A DNA stretch of 13,197 nt from the NCBI GenBank assembly GCA_964236955.1, contig CAXSGP010000115.1, forward strand, positions 1-13,197, in the 5' to 3' direction. This document shows positions 5,996 through 13,197 of the stretch, one piece after another. Within the stretch, counting starts at the first letter, position 1. Each line of letters starts with the position of its first letter. This stretch comes from an uncultured Oligoflexus sp. (lineage in GTDB: Bacteria; Bdellovibrionota_B; Oligoflexia; Oligoflexales; Oligoflexaceae). The notes beneath the pieces are model-generated. The model worked only from the letters and a program-made list of their open reading frames with translations. It was not told the origin of the DNA and searched no databases. The translations under genes were made by a program, and so were the position numbers.

Positions 5996-7798
5996 TCAGG
6001 CCGGACGTTCCCTATTTAGAAACCGCTGAACACGATCACTTTTTTGCCATTCTTTGGGATCTTTGAATACGCTAAGTCGCCCCTCTTCACAAAACCAGAC
6101 TTGATCAAATAATTCCAGCTGGCTCAGGCGATGGGTGACATAGATCAAGATTCGGCCTTCTACCCGTGCCCTCTCAACCACCCGTCTGGTGATCATTTCT
6201 TCGGCCGCTGGATCAATCGCTGAGGTTATCTCGTCCATGAGAAGGAAGGTCTGTGGCCTTAGAAATGCTCGCGCGATGGTCATCCTTTGCATCTGGCCAC
6301 CCGATAGTGGGCTCTGAATGAAGTCGAGATCTGTATCAAGACCCTGACCTTTAAGTTCCAGCTCCTGCGTTAGGGCCAGGAAAGTCAGGACTTCAGCCAT
6401 CTCGGTATCTGAGGTACCGCTAAGGCCATAGGCAAGGTTGTCGCGAATGCTTCCAGAAAAGAGAAAGGGTTTTTGACTGACTAGGCAGGCATTGTCGCGA
6501 ACAAGCTCCCAGCTTGGGGAACCGGCCCATATTTTAGGGGTATAAAGGCCGGCCAGGCACTTCAAAAAACTCGATTTACCACCACCGCTCGGTCCTATAA
6601 TCGCGACGCTTTGCCCGGCCTCCAGCCCTATATTTTGAGCTGACACATGAAATCCATCGCCATAGCTCATCGCCATGGCGTCCAGCCTCAACGCAGGGAT
6701 CGGGGTCAATGTTGCGGCAATCGAGACGGTCTGAAACTCCTGTACATCGGCAAAAGTCTGGAGACTTCGTTGAATAATGCCGCGGGTCTCCTGAAGGCGT
6801 GAGATCTGTTCTCCGATGTTTTTAAGCGGCCTTATGATGATACCAAGGGTCATGATGAAGAGGAGCAGTTCACCGGCCTGGACCAGGCCACCACCCATAT
6901 ACCCCTTGCCCAGAAGGAGGACGATCAGGGCAAGCACGAGAAAGCCCAGCAGTTCGAGTCCCGGTGCAAAGGCCGAACGGATCAGGATTGACCGCACGAT
7001 GTTGATATAATAGCCATGATTTAAAGACTGAAACCTTGCGAACTCAGCTTTTTCACCTTCTTGGGCACGAATGAACTCGAAGCGTTTGCGGATTTCAAGA
7101 AGCGTTGATGCCATCTTCGCCAGATTGTGTTGCCAGCCCTCGGCAAAGTGAGAAATCTTCCTGCCGGTGCGGCCAGTCCCCATCATCAAGGGTACTGACA
7201 GGAAAGTAAGAACGATAGCGGTTGGCCAGTGAATAAAATACAGGCATACCAATGCCGCCAACACCTGAATACCATCTTTGACAAGACCCGTCAGAAGATC
7301 AGACATTCGGCTTTGAAGATAAGCGACATCATTCATGACGAGTGACATCCATTCGCCAGCGGAACGAAGCAGGAGCCGGTCTAAAGGTTGTTTAAGGATC
7401 GCGGCAAATAGCTTGTCCCGATAGCGGCTTCCAACATATAGGGTCAAAGCCTGCTGGTTGTATTGATAATAATATCCGGCAAGCGCCTGCAAAGCACCTA
7501 CCAGCAAAATCGTCAGGGGCAAATAGCGAATCAGACTGATCTGCTGCAGGGTCATACCCCGCAGAAAACTCAGATAGGGCACCGTCTGTTTGGGAAAAAG
7601 ATCGAGGACTGCGATTTGGCTCCTCTCAACAGCACCAAGCATGGTGGTGAAGAGGGGCCCTGTCATCATAAGAAAAAGACCCTGAGCGATCGAAAGGAGC
7701 ATTAGTGCTCCAACGATGTTGACCACGATCATTTTCTTTTCAAGGATAGAGTCGAGAATGAGAAGTCGAAAAATACGCAGATCAAAACGCTGATTCAT
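5996..7798 (-). CDS. msbA: ABC exporter with fused TMD and NBD, MsbA-like (probable lipid A flippase, divergent)
   Basis: N-terminal TM domain. NBD has Walker A GPSGGGKS, Q-loop VSQ, signature LSGGQ, Walker B FLLMDE, D-loop SAID and H-switch VTHR. It follows the lpxB homologue with an ATGA overlap (7795-7798). The gene symbol rests largely on synteny. Confidence 0.7.
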   Translation of the reverse strand: MNQRFDLRIFRLLILDSILEKKMIVVNIVGALMLLSIAQGLFLMMTGPLFTTMLGAVERSQIAVLDLFPKQTVPYLSFLRGMTLQQISLIRYLPLTILLVGALQALAGYYYQYNQQALTLYVGSRYRDKLFAAILKQPLDRLLLRSAGEWMSLVMNDVAYLQSRMSDLLTGLVKDGIQVLAALVCLYFIHWPTAIVLTFLSVPLMMGTGRTGRKISHFAEGWQHNLAKMASTLLEIRKRFEFIRAQEGEKAEFARFQSLNHGYYINIVRSILIRSAFAPGLELLGFLVLALIVLLLGKGYMGGGLVQAGELLLFIMTLGIIIRPLKNIGEQISRLQETRGIIQRSLQTFADVQEFQTVSIAATLTPIPALRLDAMAMSYGDGFHVSAQNIGLEAGQSVAIIGPSGGGKSSFLKCLAGLYTPKIWAGSPSWELVRDNACLVSQKPFLFSGSIRDNLAYGLSGTSDTEMAEVLTFLALTQELELKGQGLDTDLDFIQSPLSGGQMQRMTIARAFLRPQTFLLMDEITSAIDPAAEEMITRRVVERARVEGRILIYVTHRLSQLELFDQVWFCEEGRLSVFKDPKEWQKSDRVQRFLNRERPA

Positions 7799-8997
7799 TG
7801 AGGCTTCGCCGGTGGGGGAGCAGCCGGAATCGCTTGAGCCGATGGGACAGACGCCGCAGCGCTCACCGTCGATGGCGGAGCCAGCTTCGAGCGTTTTTTA
7901 CCTAAACCTACTTCGTTGGCTATAAAATCAGCCGCGTTATCGGCAGCCGAACCAAGAAAATCAACCTGAGCCTCATCAAGTTTTTTGATAAAGGCGGATC
8001 GATCAGGCCCATCAACCAGCAGCTGATCGATCGAATGAAGAATGTCCTGGATCGGGGTTTGATTGGAATACTCTTCAACCACTTTGCGCCCCAGTGACTG
8101 GTTCACCAAACTGTAGAAGCCACTGCCATCCGCAATTTCCCGTTTATCATAGATGGGTACGAACGGTTTCTTTAGAATGGCTGCTTCGATCGTAATCGCC
8201 CCGGCTCCAGTAATTGCGAGATGGGACAGGGACAGGAGTTCGAGGTGCATCCCAAGTACGAGATGAACTTTAGCGGGATCTGGCAGTGCTTGCTTTAACT
8301 TTTCCGAGATCAGATCATAGTCTGTTTCTTCACGCAGTGAAACCACGATCTGACAATCATTTTTTGCCAGCACACCCGTTAGAAGCTCAGCAAAAACTGG
8401 CAGCATCCGGTTCAAGGCTTCCCCGTAACCCCCAGGATAAAAGGTGACGAGCGGTTTATCGTTTAAAAAATGAAATGCCGTGGAATTGACCATGACTTTG
8501 GCCACGCGATCCCGATAGGGTGTGCCTATGTAATGAAAAGGGATCTTTGCCGCGCGAATAAATGCACTACCGGTCTTGTGGATACTCAGAGCCATTTTAA
8601 TGCGATCGGCCGCATCTTCAACTTTGATGCCCTGAAGTCCCAGCTGAGGCGTGACCTCATAAAGTATCACCGGGATTTCGTTTTGTTTGAAGAATCCCGC
8701 CAGGTCGTTGTGCAAGGCTGAATATCCGACCAGGATGGCAACCTGGGGGAAATTCGCCTGCAGTGTTTCCTTGAGTCCCTTGAGGGCTTCCTCAGGTCCA
8801 GATTTCTGGCTGGCTGCCTGCAAATCATCGAGATTAGCGACGGCGGACACACGCGTCCGCGACGTCCATTTACCGACGACACCCACGCCTTCGGTTTTTG
8901 GATGTTGATCACAAAGAGCCAGGATCAATTCCGAAGCCAGGAGATCTGCGGAATGTGACCGTGACGAAATAAAGAAGGTTGGTCTTCTCAACGACAA
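7795..8997 (-). CDS. lpxB: Lipid-A-disaccharide synthase (LpxB, GT19) homologue with degenerate active-site motifs
   Basis: Colinear with E. coli LpxB along its length (S.D.L, GV.G, IG.P, PG, G..T.E...P.V..Y, SL.N, G...V.E, AA..AA) and located right after lpxA. Signature motifs are altered (see findings). Start is TTG 8997 or TTG 8991; the latter overlaps the lpxA stop as TTGA. Confidence 0.7.
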   Translation of the reverse strand: MSLRRPTFFISSRSHSADLLASELILALCDQHPKTEGVGVVGKWTSRTRVSAVANLDDLQAASQKSGPEEALKGLKETLQANFPQVAILVGYSALHNDLAGFFKQNEIPVILYEVTPQLGLQGIKVEDAADRIKMALSIHKTGSAFIRAAKIPFHYIGTPYRDRVAKVMVNSTAFHFLNDKPLVTFYPGGYGEALNRMLPVFAELLTGVLAKNDCQIVVSLREETDYDLISEKLKQALPDPAKVHLVLGMHLELLSLSHLAITGAGAITIEAAILKKPFVPIYDKREIADGSGFYSLVNQSLGRKVVEEYSNQTPIQDILHSIDQLLVDGPDRSAFIKKLDEAQVDFLGSAADNAADFIANEVGLGKKRSKLAPPSTVSAAASVPSAQAIPAAPPPAKPQ

Positions 8998-9806
8998 ATC
9001 CCTCGATGACTGGTCAGTATGAAATTAAGGATGCCTTCACGCTGCTCAGATTCAGGTATTTCGACTTTCATCCTTTGGATAGCGTCTTCCAATGTCAGAT
9101 TCTCATTATAGAGGATTTTAAACATATTCTTGATATCAGACAGTCTATCCTTAGATAGGTCGGAGCGTCTAAGGCCAACTACGTTGAGCCCTGAAATTCG
9201 CGCGCGATCCCCCTGAACAAGGCAATAGGGCGGGACGTCTTGGACGACGATCGATCCCGCAGCTACCATGGCTCTGTCCCCAAACCGACAGAATTGATGG
9301 GCTCCCGAGATGCCACCAAAGGTCACAAAGTTATTGACGACGACGTGACCGGCGAGATGAACGCCATTGGCGAACACACAATTATTGCCTATCACGCAGT
9401 CGTGCGCTACGTGAGTGTATGCCATAATAAGATTATTGTCACCGATGGTCGTAACGCCACCGCCACCAACTGTTCCAAGGGATATGTTCACATATTCACA
9501 GATGCGCGTATTTTTACCGATACGTACTTCGGTATCTTCGCCCTTATATTTAAGATCCTGAGGCGGTGCTCCCAGCGTGGCATAAGGAGAAATCTGACTG
9601 GCCTCCCCTATTGTGGTCTTTCCCAGAATCAAGGCCCCAGGCCCTATCTGTACGTGATCCGCGAGCTTGACTTTGGGTCCAACGATAGCGTTTGGTCCAA
9701 TCACTACCCCCTTTCCGATCTGAGCTCCCTTATAAACGAGCGCCCTTGGATGAATGGAGGAACCATCGACTTTCTCTATAGTTTCTAGATGGTTATAATC
9801 GATCAT
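8988..9806 (-). CDS. lpxA: UDP-N-acetylglucosamine O-acyltransferase
   Basis: Hexapeptide repeats, PQDLKY, GT..GGG.T.IG, catalytic HVAHDC, LAGHV, HQF, QDVPPY and GLNVVGLRR. AAAGGA ribosome-binding site. Confidence 0.96.
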   Translation of the reverse strand: MIDYNHLETIEKVDGSSIHPRALVYKGAQIGKGVVIGPNAIVGPKVKLADHVQIGPGALILGKTTIGEASQISPYATLGAPPQDLKYKGEDTEVRIGKNTRICEYVNISLGTVGGGGVTTIGDNNLIMAYTHVAHDCVIGNNCVFANGVHLAGHVVVNNFVTFGGISGAHQFCRFGDRAMVAAGSIVVQDVPPYCLVQGDRARISGLNVVGLRRSDLSKDRLSDIKNMFKILYNENLTLEDAIQRMKVEIPESEQREGILNFILTSHRGICR

Positions 9807-9815
9807 TAGCGTCCT

Positions 9816-10277
9816 TTAGCTCAATTTAGCGGTTATAAGGGCACTGCTTGCGATGTCTCCATCAACTATAGCTCTGCCTTCGAACCAGAAAAAGTCTTTC
9901 CGACTCTTCAGATATGTTACATGAAGATTGAGACAATCACCGGGAACTATTTGACGTCGAAACCGGACTTCCTGCAATTCGGTCAAAAGGCAAGTGTTCA
10001 TCAGATGGGGCTGGCTTACGCGCGCAAGTATTCCCGCGGCCTGGGCCAAGGCCTCGATGCTCAAGACGCCCGGCATGATGGGAAGACCTGGAAAGTGGCC
10101 TTGCAGATAGGGGTCCAAGCCGGAGACCATTTTAATACAATGGATCGACTTCATCGGCATCAGTTCCACGACGCGGTCGACCAATAACATCGGAAAGCGA
10201 TGCGGAAGCAGTTCCTGCACGTTTATAGACTCGGGACGAGTAAAATCGATAATACCTATCGTGGAAACTTCAGTCAC
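9816..10277 (-). CDS. fabZ: 3-hydroxyacyl-ACP dehydratase
   Basis: [34 protein letters not shown] and [12 protein letters not shown] start with AAGGAG ribosome-binding site. Confidence 0.96.
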   Translation of the reverse strand: MTEVSTIGIIDFTRPESINVQELLPHRFPMLLVDRVVELMPMKSIHCIKMVSGLDPYLQGHFPGLPIMPGVLSIEALAQAAGILARVSQPHLMNTCLLTELQEVRFRRQIVPGDCLNLHVTYLKSRKDFFWFEGRAIVDGDIASSALITAKLS

Positions 10278-10291
10278 TCGAATCTCCTTCT

Positions 10292-10825
10292 TTACTTCTT
10301 CGCCTCAGTTTTGTCTTTTTTTGACTGAGCTTCAAAAGCGCTGATGACATCTTTCGTGAGGTCAACCGGATCTTTCAGATAGACCAATCCCGCTGAACTT
10401 GTTTCAAAAACCATTTCAAGGCTTTTGGATTTCGCGATATCGTTGACAAGTTTGGTGACCGTCATAGCGATTTTTTGAGTGGCGAGACCTTCTTTCTTCT
10501 TTATCTCTTCCTGAAACGCCATCTCGTCATTACGCAGGCCCATGAATTTCTCCTGAAATTCCTTTTGTTTGGCCATACGGGCCTGCTCGTTGAGAAGAGG
10601 GGCTTGTTTGGTCCACTCCTCATTCATCTTATCGAGCTCCTCTTTGCGCTTGCCAAGTTCCTTTTGCTTTTCCTTGATCTCTTTTTCCAAGGCGCCACGT
10701 GCGGCCTTGCCTTCTTCGACATTTAAGATAACCGCTTGCATATCAACAACTGCGTATTTGCCTTGGGCATGCGCAAGCGAAGCCGACAGGAGACCGAGGC
10801 CAAGGAGACATTGAGCTAATTTCAT
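10292..10825 (-). CDS. skp: Periplasmic chaperone Skp/OmpH
   Basis: Signal peptide ending AHA-Q, K.AVVDMQ, a long charged coiled coil and C-terminal DLTKDVI. Directly downstream of bamA. Confidence 0.92.
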   Translation of the reverse strand: MKLAQCLLGLGLLSASLAHAQGKYAVVDMQAVILNVEEGKAARGALEKEIKEKQKELGKRKEELDKMNEEWTKQAPLLNEQARMAKQKEFQEKFMGLRNDEMAFQEEIKKKEGLATQKIAMTVTKLVNDIAKSKSLEMVFETSSAGLVYLKDPVDLTKDVISAFEAQSKKDKTEAKK

Positions 10826-10852
10826 GACAGAACTCCGAAAGAGAGCGTTTTA

Positions 10853-13153
10853 TTAATAGCCAAGGTAAAATATAAACCGCAGATCCCCGATCTGACCGTT
10901 CTCGATGGGATAGGCCCATTCGAAACGGAAAGGGGCGACTGGGGTGATCCACCGGAAGCCAAATCCGAGATCTCGTTTGAAAGCCGAGAGGTTAACGGAC
11001 TCGTTTTCAGCAAAGGAGCGCCCCATATCATAGAACAAGAGGCCCTTGATATTGGCTTCTTTAATGATAGGCATGAAATATTCAGTCTGGAACAGGATTT
11101 TTTTGGTTCCTCCCCAGTTAATTTCCTGCGGCTGGCCAGTTGGCGTTTGCAGTATGCTCGATTTCGGTCCTATGGAACGCTGTTCATACCCTCGCATATC
11201 CTCGGGCCCACCCAATCGATAACGGGTCAGGATGGGAATACGCTCGTCCCCGTTCTGCCAGAGGAGTCCGAAATCACCTGCAAAGCGGAAGTAGGTGCGA
11301 TAGGTGTCGGTGTAATCGATAGGCAAAAAGTATGAAGCGTTGGCCGTAGTTTCCAGGAACTGACGGGTTCCTCCTAATGGCCCACCGGTAAATTCCTGGG
11401 CAATACGAAGATCGGAACCCTCGCTGGGATCGATATAATTGTTGGTGGCGTTACGAGAGAGTCCAAGGATGATACTGCTCTCGCTGCCCGCCTCGACAAA
11501 GCTGCCTACCAAAGCGGTTTTTGATGCGACGTTGATCGTCGAATAGCGATAGGTAATCGAGGCCCGCACCAATTCGAAGATTCGACGGCCAACGGTGACG
11601 CTACCGCCTTTACGCTCTTCCTGGACATCGACGTTCTGGGTGACTAGGCGCACCTCATTTCTAAAGAAGGTGCTAAAGCCAAGCGACCAATCCGAGTCAT
11701 TGAGACGCGGGTCGGTCCAGCCCAACTCGAGGTCATAGTTTTTACCGCCATTCCACCTTCCGGTAAGGGTTGTTCTCCAGCCCTTACCGCTTTGATTTTC
11801 CTCAGAATATTTGCCTTGGCCAAACCATTTGTTTTGATTGCCCTCGGCTCCAGGGCTAAAGCCGACCGCAGCCTGGAGCTGACCCGTGGGTTTCTCCTTG
11901 ACCTTAAACTTATAGTTGAGGATCTGCGGGTTCTTCTCGTCGCGTTCCCGAAGGGTCTGCACTTCTTCGAAATAGCCGAGACGTTCCATATTAGACTTGG
12001 ATTTGGTCAAACGGGTGCCGCTATAAAGTTCGGAGTCCGCGACTTCGAGTTCGCGGCGCAGCACGTTATCGCGCGTCTTGGTGTTGCCGATAAAGGTGAA
12101 ATCACCGAAATAAACCTTTTCTCCCTTGGTAATCTCATAATTGAGAAAAACAAGTTTCTTTTCGCGATCATAGCGATGCTTGGGATTGACGTCGGCAAAG
12201 GCGTAACCCTTGTCGCCGTACTTATCGACAAGCATCTCGACATCTTTTCGGAAATTGTTGAAGCGAAAGAGTTCGGTGGGCTTTAAAAGCATCCACTCTT
12301 TCATTTCTTCAGGCGTATAGAGTAGGTCGCCACTGAATTCAATGCCGCCGACGCTGTATTGGATACCTTCTTCCACTTCGAGGGTCAAACGAACGAAGCG
12401 ACGGTCTTCCTCGATAATCTTCACCGGGTTGGCGACGTTGACCTCGGCAAAACCCTGATCCTTATAGAGAAAGCTCATCATCTCAACATCGCGTTTGATG
12501 AACTCATCGTTATAAACGGAGCCGGGCGGGGAAATATTGGAGAGGCGCGTATAGGGCTTCGAATAGAACTTATCGATCAGCTCAGCATCGCTGAAAAAAA
12601 CGTTGCCGAGGATATGAACATCGCCAACGAGGACCTTACCGCCTTCTTCGATGTTGAAGACCAGGCTGACTTCGTTGGGATTGTTTGGAGTCGGTTCCAG
12701 CTTATAACTGGCCTTAGCGAGGTAAAATCCCTTTTCAAGGTATTGCTTCTCTATCATACGAAGATCAGCGTTGATCTTCGTCTCATTCACGATCGTGAAC
12801 ACTTTTGATTCGAGTTTTTCCTTGAAGTCATCTTCCTTCATTTCGGACAGACCGAGGAACTGAATCGAGCCGATCGCGGGTTTTTCAACAACTTCAACGA
12901 CTATCCGGATACCCGCGCCAGCCGGTTCTTTCAAGAACCTGACGTCTGAGAAATAACCAAGTTCGTGAAGATGCTTGATATCAGCTCGTACCGAAGCGGC
13001 ATCGAGATTCGACCCCTTCTGTGATTTTAGAATGGTCGTTATAGCGTCGGCCTCTACCTTTTGATTGCCACGTACGACGACTTCCTCGATGCGCTCGGCA
13101 GCGAGGAGAGGGCCGCCGCTAAGCGACAAGAGGAGCAACAATTCGAGTCTCAC
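10853..13153 (-). CDS. bamA: Outer membrane protein assembly factor BamA
   Basis: POTRA repeats (V.GN, GYFSDV, GN.KTRD.VLRRE, RLGYFE, VKEKPTG). The barrel has the L6 MRGY motif and GFGFRWITPVAPFRFEWAYP. GTG start at 13153 is preferred over TTG 13156 because it overlaps the upstream stop as GTGA. Confidence 0.97.
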   Translation of the reverse strand: MRLELLLLLSLSGGPLLAAERIEEVVVRGNQKVEADAITTILKSQKGSNLDAASVRADIKHLHELGYFSDVRFLKEPAGAGIRIVVEVVEKPAIGSIQFLGLSEMKEDDFKEKLESKVFTIVNETKINADLRMIEKQYLEKGFYLAKASYKLEPTPNNPNEVSLVFNIEEGGKVLVGDVHILGNVFFSDAELIDKFYSKPYTRLSNISPPGSVYNDEFIKRDVEMMSFLYKDQGFAEVNVANPVKIIEEDRRFVRLTLEVEEGIQYSVGGIEFSGDLLYTPEEMKEWMLLKPTELFRFNNFRKDVEMLVDKYGDKGYAFADVNPKHRYDREKKLVFLNYEITKGEKVYFGDFTFIGNTKTRDNVLRRELEVADSELYSGTRLTKSKSNMERLGYFEEVQTLRERDEKNPQILNYKFKVKEKPTGQLQAAVGFSPGAEGNQNKWFGQGKYSEENQSGKGWRTTLTGRWNGGKNYDLELGWTDPRLNDSDWSLGFSTFFRNEVRLVTQNVDVQEERKGGSVTVGRRIFELVRASITYRYSTINVASKTALVGSFVEAGSESSIILGLSRNATNNYIDPSEGSDLRIAQEFTGGPLGGTRQFLETTANASYFLPIDYTDTYRTYFRFAGDFGLLWQNGDERIPILTRYRLGGPEDMRGYEQRSIGPKSSILQTPTGQPQEINWGGTKKILFQTEYFMPIIKEANIKGLLFYDMGRSFAENESVNLSAFKRDLGFGFRWITPVAPFRFEWAYPIENGQIGDLRFIFYLGY

Positions 13154-13197
13154 CAAGATCCCCCGTAATCCACAATATTTCCGTCTTCCATAACGAC
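13150..13197 (-). CDS. C-terminal end of an ABC transporter ATP-binding protein, probably LolD-like (partial)
   Basis: The minus frame from the window edge reads VVMEDGNIVDYGGSW*. The h-h-M-x-D-G-x-I pattern is the typical last strand of an ABC NBD. The stop overlaps the bamA GTG. Only 15 residues are visible, so LolD identity is inferred from synteny. Confidence 0.45.
   Translation of the reverse strand, partial: VVMEDGNIVDYGGSW

Noticed and set aside
9240..12808. Long antisense ORFs (9240..9788, 11792..12286, 12359..12808 and others)
   Set aside because: They lie opposite well-conserved lpxA, fabZ, skp and bamA and have no motifs. Such ORFs are expected from codon bias on the coding strand.

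Overview
This window is ordinary bacterial chromosome of roughly 50% GC. I see no mobile element, CRISPR array, rRNA or tRNA. Gene content (AgmX/PglI-type C-terminal domain protein, stand-alone HAMP membrane protein, lolD-like/bamA/skp/fabZ/lpxA/lpxB/msbA order) suggests a Bdellovibrionota/Oligoflexia-like or other former-deltaproteobacterial host; this is inference. The right half (minus strand) is an outer-membrane biogenesis operon: 3' end of a LolD-like ABC ATPase, bamA, skp, fabZ, lpxA, an lpxB homologue and an msbA-like exporter. lpxD is absent from its usual slot. The LpxB homologue has an intact full-length ORF but has lost nearly all signature catalytic, substrate-binding and membrane-binding motifs. 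It looks like a pseudo-enzyme or repurposed glycosyltransferase, translationally coupled to a divergent MsbA, and is the most interesting signal here. The middle holds an apparently monocistronic membrane-anchored two-FN3-like-domain protein, a 5-formyl-THF cyclo-ligase, a secreted AgmX/PglI-C-domain protein and a HAMP membrane protein. The left end holds the N-terminus of a cytochrome c/FTR1-type iron permease, divergent from an acyl-CoA desaturase and a RimJ/RimL GNAT. Candidate Fur-like and OmpR/PhoB-like sites lie between them. All family assignments come from motif recognition by eye, not database searches.
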